Source: an uncultured Acidobacteriota bacterium (lineage in GTDB: Bacteria > Acidobacteriota > Thermoanaerobaculia > Multivoradales > UBA5704). From it: 64,000 nt of DNA. Every line of letters begins with the position of its first letter. Positions within the stretch are counted from its first letter, which is position 1. A program made the position numbers and the translations under genes. Shown here in pieces: positions 28,701 through 39,073 of the stretch. The DNA lies in contig CAVYRF010000002.1 of NCBI GenBank assembly GCA_963770895.1, forward strand, positions 2,784,001-2,848,000. Direction: 5' to 3'. Below the pieces are notes generated by a model. It ran no database searches. It saw only the letters and a list, made by a program, of their open reading frames with translations, and was not told where the DNA came from.

Positions 28701-29309
28701 CGCCGAGTGCTCCGCGATCAGCTGCCAGGTGGCGCGCGCGCTGCCCTTGGGTCTGCCCGCCGCCGCGGCGGTCAGCAGCTTGCACAGGTTGCGATATCCG
28801 GTCTTGCTCTCAACCAGCAGGGTCACCCGCGGCACCAGCTGGTCCGCCGCAGGGTCCGCGGCGGCGTCGTTGTCTGGCGCCCGCTTCGCTCCCGCCGAGG
28901 AGGGCGGTGGAGGCGCCAGCCCCAGCGGGCCGATCTTGCCCACCCGCCGCAGGGATTCCCGCAGGTTGGGCGTCGGCTCTTCCAGCACGACTTCAGCCCC
29001 CACCAGCGCCCGCACCCCGGTCTGCCGCGCCGCCTGGTGGAAGCGGGGCGCCCCATACACCCCGTTGACGTCCAGCAGCGCCACCGCCGGCAGTTCCAGC
29101 TCCGCCGCCCGCGCCATCAGGTCTTCGGGCAGCGAGGCCCCGCGCAGGAAGGAGAAGGCCGAAGCGCAATGCAGCTCAACGTAGGGGGATCCGGGAGAAC
29201 GCGCAGGGCGTGAAGCCCGCGTCGATCGCGTCGGTCGCGTCGGTCGCGGGGACCGCGGCGACGGGGATGGCGAAGCCGGGGCGGCAGGCGGATGGGGTGG
29301 AGGCTCCAT
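25704..29309 (-). CDS. dnaE2: Error-prone DNA polymerase DnaE2 (ImuC)
   Basis: PHP 'YVELHCASAFSFL'; 'GRGSAANS'; catalytic 'PDIDLD'; 'GQHSGG'; 'FQVESRAQM'; 'YGFPESHA'; DnaE2-type C-terminus 'SHDFH'. Confidence 0.95.
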   Translation of the reverse strand: MEPPPHPPAAPASPSPSPRSPRPTRPTRSTRASRPARSPGSPYVELHCASAFSFLRGASLPEDLMARAAELELPAVALLDVNGVYGAPRFHQAARQTGVRALVGAEVVLEEPTPNLRESLRRVGKIGPLGLAPPPPSSAGAKRAPDNDAAADPAADQLVPRVTLLVESKTGYRNLCKLLTAAAAGRPKGSARATWQLIAEHSAGLHCLTGGAEGPLAQSLCTTQAMQTAAAPWAPSAISATKGVDGARKLLERMAAIFPERLHVELQRHRLRDEEHRNRALLDLARQLRLPVMATNGVRYARAADKALQDVLASIRAHTSLDRAGRLLECHRESHLKGAAEMARLFSDLPQAIAASGELAARLDFTLADLGYRFPAYPLPPGETAASYLRHLTWNGARARFRPLTGKAQAQIQKELSLIEKLDLAGYFLIVWDIVRFCLENRILAQGRGSAANSAVCYALSITAVDPVKMDLLFERFLSEERGEWPDIDLDLPSGDQRERVIQYVYRRYGSGGTDSAAMTANVITYRDRSATREVAKAFGYSAEQIDALARQLGSWSYDLDRGDSRSFAADVATAGFDPEEPRMLRFADMWHRIHDLPRHLGQHSGGMVIAAGRLDEIVPLEPAAMPGRVVVQWDKDDCANLGIIKVDLLGLGMLSAIEEMVPTIRTYEGVQVDLAHLPADDPKVYKMLREADTVGVFQVESRAQMASLPRNNPHHFYDLVIQVAIIRPGPIAGNMTNPYFERRAGRQAVTYPHPSLQPILERTMGVPIFQEQLLRIAMVAAGFTGGEAEELRRAMGFKRSVERMQAIEARLRSGMTARGITGQAQDGIVQGITSFALYGFPESHAASFALIAYASAYLKAYHPTAFYLGILNAWPMGFYHPATLVRDAQRHGVQILPIDVQTSTWRSRWQSPSPAPRPAGAKPAAGWRSHQKSLDLSPGQTAVQPAGGWRSHGESPSPGAGTAGVEPAAGAIRLGLRFVRGLRSQSGLTIESEQQRRPFADLADFVERCGLQAGEIETLASVGALSGFGLSRRAALWQVARLGRPAGPLLAGLSEPEPSPLPEMTMPEQTQADYGGTQLTLGPHPLSYRREQLRRKGIVTAADLIRYRNGDLVRTAGAVIVRQRPSTAKGLLFLTLEDETGMSQAVISPNLLQQHRRLIVGSPGLVVEGVLQKRDGSISVRGERFWALEEMLATPSHDFH
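26397..26594 (-). repeat. Three in-frame 66-bp (22-aa) imperfect tandem repeats inside dnaE2
   Basis: WRSRWQSPSPAPRPAGAKPAAG / WRSHQKSLDLSPGQTAVQPAGG / WRSHGESPSPGAGTAGVEPAAG. TGCGATCGCCA occurs at 26452 and 26518; GCCGCCGGCT at 26401 and 26533. Confidence 0.8.
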
Positions 29310-29337
29310 TACCGCTCAGCATAAGCGGTAATGGAGC
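29303..29337. promoter_or_regulatory. Perfect 14-bp inverted repeat overlapping the dnaE2 start codon
   Basis: GCTCCATTACCGCT (29303-29316), 7-nt loop, AGCGGTAATGGAGC (29324-29337). The dnaE2 ATG is at 29309-29307. Confidence 0.7.
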
Positions 29338-29342
29338 GTAAG

Positions 29343-29558
29343 TCAAGATCCGATATGCAACGGCGTGAACGCCGGCGGGTCGCTCGCCGGGAACGACTCG
29401 ATGGACGCTTCGTCCACCTGGTCCCTGCCGCTCGGGTCGCCCCGGTCGCCGTTGCCAGGTCGCGCCGGCACGGCAGGCGCCGCCGGCGTCGCGGGTCCCT
29501 CCGCGGGAGCGCCAGGCTGTTCTTTGCCCGAATTGTCGTGGCCGCTTGAGCCTTCCAT
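29343..29558 (-). CDS. Small (71 aa) hypothetical protein with a 'VDEASxESFPASDPP' motif
   Basis: RBS GGGAGG before ATG 29558; disordered N-terminus; C-terminal 'DQVDEASIESFPASDPPAFTP', a motif I recognise from small uncharacterised bacterial proteins. Confidence 0.75.
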   Translation of the reverse strand: MEGSSGHDNSGKEQPGAPAEGPATPAAPAVPARPGNGDRGDPSGRDQVDEASIESFPASDPPAFTPLHIGS

Positions 29559-29818
29559 GCAGCACCTCCCCATCCCCGGTGGAAAACGCCCCCGGCGTAG
29601 CCGGGAGCCCGAGCCTTTCCAGTATCCCACTCTCTCCCCAGACCTGCTGCCGCCTTGCCTGTGCCTGGGGCGTGATTTGCGGAATCGTGGCTCTGACGTT
29701 CTTTGTCAGGCGCGGATAAAACCATCTATTGATCAAGATTTGGAACAATTATTGCACCTGGACCTACTTGAGTGGGCATCCTGCCCCTCTGAATCACATA
29801 CTCAATAGGAATCCAGCA

Positions 29819-31180
29819 ATGAAAACGATGACAGTTGCAGTCAGCACGGCCCTCTTGCTCCTCACATCCCTCATGGCACATGCGACCGAGGTCGAGGTTT
29901 CCACTCCGGTCCAGGTCACCACGGTCGGGGCATTCGCCGCCTACAACCCCACAGGCATCGTGATCAACACCAGCGGCACCAACTACATGTACCTATACAC
30001 CCAAGGCGGCGGCTTGCCGGGACAGGACACCAACTGTCCGTTGCAGGGGGACAAGATCATCGCCTATCGAGCCGCCCTGGACGCCAACGGCAATCCCCTC
30101 TCGTTCAGCCGGATCGGGCGGATCACCCCGTGCGTTTACGATCCGGAGTCCGGAAACGGCATGACCACCCCGGCATCCTTCGCCCCCGGCCAGATCTTCC
30201 AGGCGACCGTCAACGGCGTCACGGCCTATCACGTGCTGGCCGACGTCTCGAATGCGGTGAACACGTTCCATAAGATCTGGCACGGTTGGACGACCGACGG
30301 AGAGAACTGGACGTGGGAGATCGGCAACGCCCACTACGTGTCCCCGATCACCAATCCTGAAAGCTTCGCCGACCCGGTCCAGCACACCGTGACGTCGACG
30401 ACCGCCGGGCCTTTCCTGCAGGTCCAGGCGAACAATGGTTCCTACCCCTTCTACATCCTGGGTCCGGTGATGCTGAGCACGCGTCCGCTCACCAGCAACG
30501 CGTCGTGGTGGGGCTATCTCAATCTGAATGACGGGATCTTTGAAGTGACGGAGATCCTGGTCGACTGGTCCACCGGGTCACCGCGAATCCAGTACCTGAC
30601 CGATGGCAGCTTCGACTTTTCCGGCTACCTGACCAACGGCGTCATCACCAGCTCGCCCTACCCCTACTACCTCATCCCCAGGGCGGGTGTGAAGTCGCTC
30701 ATCATCGACGCCGCCTCCGGCGTGACGCAGCTCTGGGGAGGCGTGAACTACACCGCCTCGGGAACCTGCAACTATCCCTACTCGGCGAGCACCGTCGACT
30801 GCAACACGGCAACGCAGGTGACCTGCAACCAGTCTGGCGGGTGTCCTACGGCGGGCGGCACCCTGGTCGCTGACAATGCAATGGCCAACGCATTCCAGGA
30901 CAACACCATCGGTCCCAGCATCCCCAGTCCTTGCGGCGAAGGCTTCAACTGGTGGGCCGTAACCCGCTTCTCGATCGGCGCGACCAACACCATGTACAGC
31001 GAAACCCGATACATGCCTTCCGGGTATCTCGGCGCCCGCGAGTATCCCTTCCGCTGGAATTCGTCGAGCGGCACCCGCTACCTGTTCTCGGCCACCGCCG
31101 ACAACAACGTCTGCACCAACCTGCTGTTCAGCTACTACTACTTGATGTACGTGGTCGAATCGACGGTGCAGATGCAGTAG
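29819..31180 (+). CDS. Hypothetical secreted protein (Thr/Asn/Tyr-rich, 8 Cys)
   Basis: RBS AGGA; signal peptide 'MKTMTVAVSTALLLLTSLMAHA'; AT-rich upstream region; lower GC than its neighbours. Confidence 0.8.
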   Translation: MKTMTVAVSTALLLLTSLMAHATEVEVSTPVQVTTVGAFAAYNPTGIVINTSGTNYMYLYTQGGGLPGQDTNCPLQGDKIIAYRAALDANGNPLSFSRIGRITPCVYDPESGNGMTTPASFAPGQIFQATVNGVTAYHVLADVSNAVNTFHKIWHGWTTDGENWTWEIGNAHYVSPITNPESFADPVQHTVTSTTAGPFLQVQANNGSYPFYILGPVMLSTRPLTSNASWWGYLNLNDGIFEVTEILVDWSTGSPRIQYLTDGSFDFSGYLTNGVITSSPYPYYLIPRAGVKSLIIDAASGVTQLWGGVNYTASGTCNYPYSASTVDCNTATQVTCNQSGGCPTAGGTLVADNAMANAFQDNTIGPSIPSPCGEGFNWWAVTRFSIGATNTMYSETRYMPSGYLGAREYPFRWNSSSGTRYLFSATADNNVCTNLLFSYYYLMYVVESTVQMQ

Positions 31181-31304
31181 ACGGCCCAGGCCACCCATGA
31201 TGGGAGCTTTCAGGCGGCCGGCGCGCTCCGGACCTTGCGCCGGCGCCTGAGATCCCGTCCGTGGCTTGCTCCGCTGGCCGGTTGTGCCTATCCTTCTCGC
31301 CAGG

Positions 31305-32306
31305 ATGAGCACACCCGACACCTTGCTGGCAGCAGCCAGCGCCGCGGATGCGGCGGCCGCCCCGGAGCTGCGCCACGACTGGGATGACGACCAGATCGCG
31401 GCGATTCACGACCTGCCGCTGACGGAGCTGATCTTCCGCGCCCAGGTGGTGCACCGGCGGCATCACGACCCGACGCGGGTGCAGCTGTGCACCCTGCTGT
31501 CGATCAAGACCGGCGGCTGTCCCGAAGACTGCGCCTACTGCCCGCAAAGCGCGCACTACGACACCGGGGTCGAACGCCAGGGGCTGCTGCCGCTGCCCGA
31601 GGTGCTCGCCAAGGCAAGCGAGGCGCGCGCCAACGGCTCGACCCGCTTCTGCATGGGCGCCGCCTGGCGCCAGGTGCGCGACGGTGCCGAGTTCGACCGC
31701 GTGCTGGCGATGGTGCGCGGGGTGCGCGACCTGGGGATGGAGGCCTGCTGCACCCTGGGGATGCTCACCCCCCAACAGGCCGAGCGTCTGGCCGAGGCCG
31801 GCTTGACGGCCTACAACCACAACCTGGACACCGGCCCCGACTTCTACCCGTCCATCATCAGCACGCGCATCTACGACGAGCGCCTGCGCACGCTGCAGGC
31901 GGTGCGGCAGGCGGGTATCACCGTCTGCTCGGGCGGCATCCTCGGCATGGGGGAGAGCTGCCGCGACCGCATCGCGATGCTGGGGGTCCTGGCGCGCCTG
32001 ACGCCCCATCCCGAAAGCGTGCCGATCAACGCCCTGGTGCGCGTCGCCGGCACGCCGCTCGCCGATGCGCCGCCGCTCGATCCGCTGGACATGGTGCGGA
32101 TGATCGCGACCGCCCGCATCCTCATGCCCGCCAGCCGCGTGCGCCTTTCCGCCGGCCGCACCGAAATGTCGGCGGAAACCCAAGCGCTGTGCTTTCTGGC
32201 CGGCGCCAACTCCATCTTCACCGGCGAGAAGCTGCTGACCACCCCCAATCCCGGCCAGGACCACGACCAGGCGCTGCTCGGCCGCCTGGGCCTGTCGCCG
32301 CTGTAG
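31305..32306 (+). CDS. bioB: Biotin synthase
   Basis: '[17 protein letters not shown]' (radical SAM), 'RFCMGAAWR', 'YNHNLDT', 'PESVPIN', '[14 protein letters not shown]'. Confidence 0.97.
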   Translation: MSTPDTLLAAASAADAAAAPELRHDWDDDQIAAIHDLPLTELIFRAQVVHRRHHDPTRVQLCTLLSIKTGGCPEDCAYCPQSAHYDTGVERQGLLPLPEVLAKASEARANGSTRFCMGAAWRQVRDGAEFDRVLAMVRGVRDLGMEACCTLGMLTPQQAERLAEAGLTAYNHNLDTGPDFYPSIISTRIYDERLRTLQAVRQAGITVCSGGILGMGESCRDRIAMLGVLARLTPHPESVPINALVRVAGTPLADAPPLDPLDMVRMIATARILMPASRVRLSAGRTEMSAETQALCFLAGANSIFTGEKLLTTPNPGQDHDQALLGRLGLSPL

Positions 32307-32316
32307 CGGCGGGACC

Positions 32317-33813
32317 ATGGCCGAAACGTCGCGGTCTGAAGCCGGGGCCGGCGCGCCGCGGCCTACGCCGACCCTGAAGGAGCCGGCCCCAGACGATTCC
32401 AGCGCCGGTTGGCCTCCCCTTGCAATCGGCGACCGCCCGGTTGCACCGGAGAATCGCCCTGCGCCGCGGCTCTCGCCGAACGCGCAGGAACCGGCCCCAT
32501 CGGCCAGCAGCGCCAGCGTCGGTCGGGCTCCGTCTCCAATCGGCGACCGCCCGGCTGGAGCAACGGCGAGCGCCGCGCCGCCGCCCTCGCCGCCCTCGCC
32601 GGCGACGCTGGCGGGCGAGCTGGCGACGCGGCTTGCCGGCGGTGCCCAGCAGGGGTTGGCGCGCTCGCTGCGCTCCGGCGTCGGGATCGATTTCTGCTCC
32701 AACGACTACCTGGGCCTGTCCGGCGATGCGCCGCTGCGCGCCGCCCTGCTGGCGCGCCTGGCCGCCCTGCCGGACGGGACGGCTCTGGGCGCGCCGGCGT
32801 CGCGCCTGCTGCGCGGTCATACCGAGCTGCACGCGGCGCTGGAGATCCGGCTTGCCGCCTGGAAGGGCACCGAGGCGGCGCTGCTCTTCGCCAGCGGCTA
32901 CCAGGCCAACGTCGGCCTGCTGTCGACGCTGATCGGCGCCGGCGACCGAGTGCTGTCCGACCAGCTCAACCACGCCAGCCTCATCGACGGCCTGCGCCTG
33001 ACCGGCTGCCAGCGCGTGGTCTATCCGCACCTGGACGTCGCCGCCGTCGAGCGCGAGCTGGCCCGGCCGCACGCCGGCGGCCGCACCTGGCTGGTGACCG
33101 AGTCGCTGTTCAGCATGGACGGCGACGTCGCACCGCTCGGCGCCTACGCCGCCCTGGCCGCCCGGCACGGCGCCGAGCTGATCGTCGACGACGCCCACGC
33201 CGCCGGCCTCTACGGCGACGTCCGGGGCTCGGGGCTGTGCGAGCTGTACGGGATCGAGCGCCAGCCCGCCGCCATCGTTTCGACCCTGGGCAAGGCGGTG
33301 GGCTTCGCCGGCGCCTTCGTCGCCGGTTCGCGCGTGCTGATCGACTACCTGGCAAACCGCTGCCGCGCCTTCGTGTTCACCACCGCCGCGCCGCCGCTGG
33401 TCCTGCACGCGATCGACCTGGCGCTCGACCGCATCGCCGCCGAGCCGGCGCGGCGCCGCCGCGTCTTCGACCTGGCGGAGCGCCTGCGCGGCGGGCTCGC
33501 CGCGCGCGGCCAGCAGCGCCCCGGCGGCGACGGCCCGATCGTGCCGGTGATGCTGGGCGACAACCACCGCGCCCTGGCGGTCGCCGCGCACCTTGCCGAG
33601 CTGGGCTTCGACGTGCGGGCCGTGCGCCCGCCCACCGTGCCGCCCGGCACCGCCCGCCTGCGCATCTCCGTCCACGCCAACCATAGCGAAGCCCAAATCG
33701 ACTCCCTGGTCGCTGCCCTGGCCGCCGCCCTCGCCCTTGCCGGGCCTCCCGCCGTCACCGCCGCCGCCGCGATCGGCCTGGCTTCGGATTCGACGGATTC
33801 GACAACGCCATGA
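32317..33813 (+). CDS. bioF: 8-amino-7-oxononanoate synthase with a ~90-aa low-complexity N-terminal extension
   Basis: 'FCSNDYLGL', 'SGYQAN', 'NHASLIDG', 'ESLFSMDGD', 'DDAH', 'TLGKA', 'RPPTVP'. Confidence 0.92.
   Translation: MAETSRSEAGAGAPRPTPTLKEPAPDDSSAGWPPLAIGDRPVAPENRPAPRLSPNAQEPAPSASSASVGRAPSPIGDRPAGATASAAPPPSPPSPATLAGELATRLAGGAQQGLARSLRSGVGIDFCSNDYLGLSGDAPLRAALLARLAALPDGTALGAPASRLLRGHTELHAALEIRLAAWKGTEAALLFASGYQANVGLLSTLIGAGDRVLSDQLNHASLIDGLRLTGCQRVVYPHLDVAAVERELARPHAGGRTWLVTESLFSMDGDVAPLGAYAALAARHGAELIVDDAHAAGLYGDVRGSGLCELYGIERQPAAIVSTLGKAVGFAGAFVAGSRVLIDYLANRCRAFVFTTAAPPLVLHAIDLALDRIAAEPARRRRVFDLAERLRGGLAARGQQRPGGDGPIVPVMLGDNHRALAVAAHLAELGFDVRAVRPPTVPPGTARLRISVHANHSEAQIDSLVAALAAALALAGPPAVTAAAAIGLASDSTDSTTP
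32421..32560 (+). repeat. Two copies of a hairpin element with the 18-bp core CAATCGGCGACCGCCCGG
   Basis: TGCAATCGGCGACCGCCCGGTTGCA (32421-32445) and CTCCAATCGGCGACCGCCCGGCTGGAG (32534-32560); the cores are 114 bp apart. Confidence 0.75.
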
Positions 33814-35897
33814 CTCTGATCGTCGTCGGTACGGGCACCGATGTGGGTAAAACGATCACGTCGGCGGTGATCGTCGCGCGGTACGGCGCGGATCTGCCGC
33901 TCGCCTACTGGAAGCCGGTGGCGACCGGCGGCGGCGCATCTCCCGCCGCGCCCGGCAGCCTGGCTTCCGATGCGCCGGCCGCTGCCGCCGGAGAGGACCC
34001 GCTACGCGATACGGCGACGGTGGCGGCGCTGGCCGGCGGCCGTGCGGTGATCCTTCCCGAGACCTATCTCTTCCCGGAGCCGCTGTCGCCGCACCTGGCG
34101 GCCCGCCTTGCCGGCGGGCGGATCGAGCCGGCGGTGCTGCTCGAAGATTTTGCGCGTCACCTTGGCGCGGGCCGCGGCCTGATCGTCGAAACCGCGGGTG
34201 GTGTGCTGGTGCCGCTGACCGACGGCGCGGGTGGTGGTGCGGGCTTGCTGCAGATCGACCTGGTGGCAGCCATGGCGCGCCGGGCGTCCCTGGCGTGCCT
34301 GGTCGTCGCGCATTCCGGCCTGGGCACGATCAATCACACCCTGCTCACCCTCGCGGCGCTGCGGGCGCGCGGCCTCACCGTCGCCGGCGTGGTGCTGCGC
34401 GGCCCGCGCAACCCCGAGAACCGCCTTGCCATCCAACGCTGGGGCGGCATCGACGCCGTGCTGGACCTGCCGCCCATCAGCCCTCTCGACCGGCCAACGT
34501 TGGCTGCCGCGGCAACGGCCTTCGATCCGGACGGCCTGCTCGCGCCCTGGTTGCAGCCGGCGCCGCCGCTGCCAGCGCCGGACGGGGCCGACCTTGGCGA
34601 GGCTGGCGACCGCGCGCCCTCCTGGGTGGACGACGATCGCCTGCACGTCTGGCATCCGTACACGCAGATGCTGGCGGCGCCGGCGCCGCTGCCGGTGGTG
34701 CGGGCACAGGGGGTGTACCTGTACACGGCGGACGGCCGGAGGTTGCTGGACGGCATCTCGTCGTGGTGGGTGAACATCCACGGCCACAATCATCCGCGGC
34801 TGAACCGCGCCTTGGCGGAGCAGGTGGAACGCCTGCAGCAGGTGATCTTTGCCGGGCTCACCCACGAGCCGGCGGCACGGCTTGCGGCGGCGCTGGCGGC
34901 GCGGGTCCCCGGCCGGCTGCCGTGGGTGTTCTACTCCGACGACGGCTCGACCGCGGTCGAAGTGGCGCTCAAGATGACCTATCAGCACTGGCGCCACCGC
35001 GGCGAGGCGGCGCGCACGCTGTTTGTGGCCTTCGACGACGCCTACCACGGCGACACCTTCGGGGCGATGGCGGCCGGCGGCGTGGCGGCGTTCCATGAGA
35101 CCTTCCGCGATCTGTTCTTCACCGTGCGGCGGGCGCAGACGCCGTACTCGGCGGCGCACGGCTCGACCTCGCCGCCGCTGGCCGACCTGCTGGCGAGCGA
35201 AGGGCAGCGGGTGGCGGCGGTGATCCTGGAACCGATGATCCAGGCCGCCGGCGGCATGCTGCTGCAGACCCCCGCCTTCCTGCGCCAGGTGCGCCAGCTG
35301 ACCCGGCAGCACGACGTGCCGCTGATCGCCGACGAGATCTTCACCGGGTTTGGCCGCACCGGCCGGCTGTTCGCCTGCGAGCATGGGCCGATCGAGCCGG
35401 ACCTGCTCTGTGTGTCGAAGGCGCTCACCGGCGGCTACCTGCCGCTGGCGGCGACGCTGGCCAGCGACCCGATCTATCGGTCCTTTCTGTCCGCCGATCG
35501 CTCGCGCACGTTCTTTCACGGCCATTCGTTCACCGGCAACGCCCTGGCGTGCGCGGTCGCCCTGGAAAGCCTGGCGCTCTTCGAGGAGGAGGACAGGCTG
35601 GAGCGCATCGCCCGCCTGGAGGCGCTGTTCGGCCGCCGGCTGGCAGCTCTTGAAGGCCACCCGGCGGTGACCGTGGTGCGCAACCTTGGCGGCATGGCGG
35701 CGCTGGAGCTGGCGCCGGCGGGCGGCGGCGGCTACCTGGACCGGCTGGGCCCCGAGCTGGCGCGCCGCTTCGTGGAACGCGGCCTGTTGCTGCGCCCGCT
35801 GGGCAACGTCCTGTACCTGCTGCCGCCCTACGTCATCTCCGATGACGAGGCGGCCGCCGCCTTCGACACCATCGCCGCCGTCCTCGACCAGCTGTAA
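33810..35897 (+). CDS. bioD-bioA: Fused dethiobiotin synthetase (BioD) and DAPA aminotransferase (BioA)
   Basis: N-half 'GTGTDVGKT', 'YWKP', 'SPHLAA', 'ETAGG', 'LGTINHTLL'; C-half 'WHPYT', 'SSWW', 'YHGDT', 'DEIFTGFGRTG', 'SKALTGG', 'LRPLGN'; one continuous frame. Confidence 0.93.
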   Translation: MTLIVVGTGTDVGKTITSAVIVARYGADLPLAYWKPVATGGGASPAAPGSLASDAPAAAAGEDPLRDTATVAALAGGRAVILPETYLFPEPLSPHLAARLAGGRIEPAVLLEDFARHLGAGRGLIVETAGGVLVPLTDGAGGGAGLLQIDLVAAMARRASLACLVVAHSGLGTINHTLLTLAALRARGLTVAGVVLRGPRNPENRLAIQRWGGIDAVLDLPPISPLDRPTLAAAATAFDPDGLLAPWLQPAPPLPAPDGADLGEAGDRAPSWVDDDRLHVWHPYTQMLAAPAPLPVVRAQGVYLYTADGRRLLDGISSWWVNIHGHNHPRLNRALAEQVERLQQVIFAGLTHEPAARLAAALAARVPGRLPWVFYSDDGSTAVEVALKMTYQHWRHRGEAARTLFVAFDDAYHGDTFGAMAAGGVAAFHETFRDLFFTVRRAQTPYSAAHGSTSPPLADLLASEGQRVAAVILEPMIQAAGGMLLQTPAFLRQVRQLTRQHDVPLIADEIFTGFGRTGRLFACEHGPIEPDLLCVSKALTGGYLPLAATLASDPIYRSFLSADRSRTFFHGHSFTGNALACAVALESLALFEEEDRLERIARLEALFGRRLAALEGHPAVTVVRNLGGMAALELAPAGGGGYLDRLGPELARRFVERGLLLRPLGNVLYLLPPYVISDDEAAAAFDTIAAVLDQL

Positions 35898-36003
35898 CGC
35901 GACGCCCGACCGCGGCGTGGCGCGCCGTGGTGCGCGAGTTGCATTCCGGAGCAGCGCCGCTGCCTTGCCGACCGGACCACCCTCCAAGGTCCAGGAGACC
36001 CGC

Positions 36004-38157
<2,154 letters not shown>

Positions 38158-38210
38158 TCGCCGCCAGGCGCCCCGCCCTCGCCTGGCCCGCACCGCGCGC
38201 GTGCACCGAT

Positions 38211-38234
38211 GTAACAAATTGCGGGCGGGAGCGT
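38211..38234 (+). promoter_or_regulatory. Putative ECF-sigma promoter GTAAC-N16-CGT
   Basis: GTAAC at 38211-38215, 16-nt spacer, CGT at 38232-38234, upstream of the DUF4386-like gene. Confidence 0.4.
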
Positions 38235-38353
38235 GGAATTACAGTAGGCGGACGTTGGCGTCCAGCCGCAGGGCAGGCGGGCCGCTTGTGGGCGGCGCCA
38301 AGGTGCGCCGTGCCGGCGGCGGCATCACGCAGATCTTGAGGAGGGAGCCGCAG

Positions 38354-39073
38354 ATGGATCTCAGCGCAACCAGACGGCAGGCAAGAATCGCGGGGCTGCT
38401 GTATCTGCTGGCCTGCATTCCCGCTCCCTTTGCCCTCATCTACGTCCCCGGCGCCCTGATGGTGTCCGGCGACGCAACGGCGACGGCCGATCGCGTGCGG
38501 GCGTCCGAAACCCTTCTGCGCCTCGGCATGGCGGGCGAGCTGGTCAACGCCGCCGCCTTCATTTTCGTGGTTTTCGCGCTATACCGTCTGTTCAAGGCCG
38601 TCGACCAGCGTCTGGCTTCGCTCATGGCAACCCTGTTCGTGGTCTCTGTTCCCATATCGTTTCTCAACGTGCTCAACGACCTCGCCGCCCTGATCCTGGC
38701 CAAGGGTGGCGACTTCCTGTCGGCGTTCACCAAAGCTCAGCTGGATGCCCTGGTCTTGCTGTTCCTGCGTTTGCACGGCAATGGACTTCTGATCACGCAG
38801 ATCTTCTGGGGGCTCTGGCTGTTTCCGCTCGGGATGCTGGTCATGCGATCGGGTTTCATCCCTCGCGTCCTGGGCGTCCTGGTGCTGTTTGCCGGCTGCG
38901 CCTATCCCCTGATGTCCTTCACCTCCATCCTGCTGCCGCAATACGCGCATGCGGTCAGCCAGGTGGCGATGATCCTGATCCTGGGAGAATTGCCGAACAT
39001 CGTCTGGCTCGCGATCTGGGGTGCCAAGGTCCAACCGTCGCTCCGGCAACCCGTGTTGGCCGCCGCCGGTTGA
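38354..39073 (+). CDS. DUF4386-like membrane protein
   Basis: 'ARIAGLLYL', 'ATATA', 'LYRLFKAV', 'IFWGLWLFPLG', 'SGFIPRVLG', 'GEL'; RBS GAGGGAG. Confidence 0.8.
   Translation: MDLSATRRQARIAGLLYLLACIPAPFALIYVPGALMVSGDATATADRVRASETLLRLGMAGELVNAAAFIFVVFALYRLFKAVDQRLASLMATLFVVSVPISFLNVLNDLAALILAKGGDFLSAFTKAQLDALVLLFLRLHGNGLLITQIFWGLWLFPLGMLVMRSGFIPRVLGVLVLFAGCAYPLMSFTSILLPQYAHAVSQVAMILILGELPNIVWLAIWGAKVQPSLRQPVLAAAG

Noticed and set aside
31210-31250. Hairpin before bioB as a BirA operator or terminator
   Set aside because: The stem is real but does not resemble BirA sites and has no U-tract; function unsupported.
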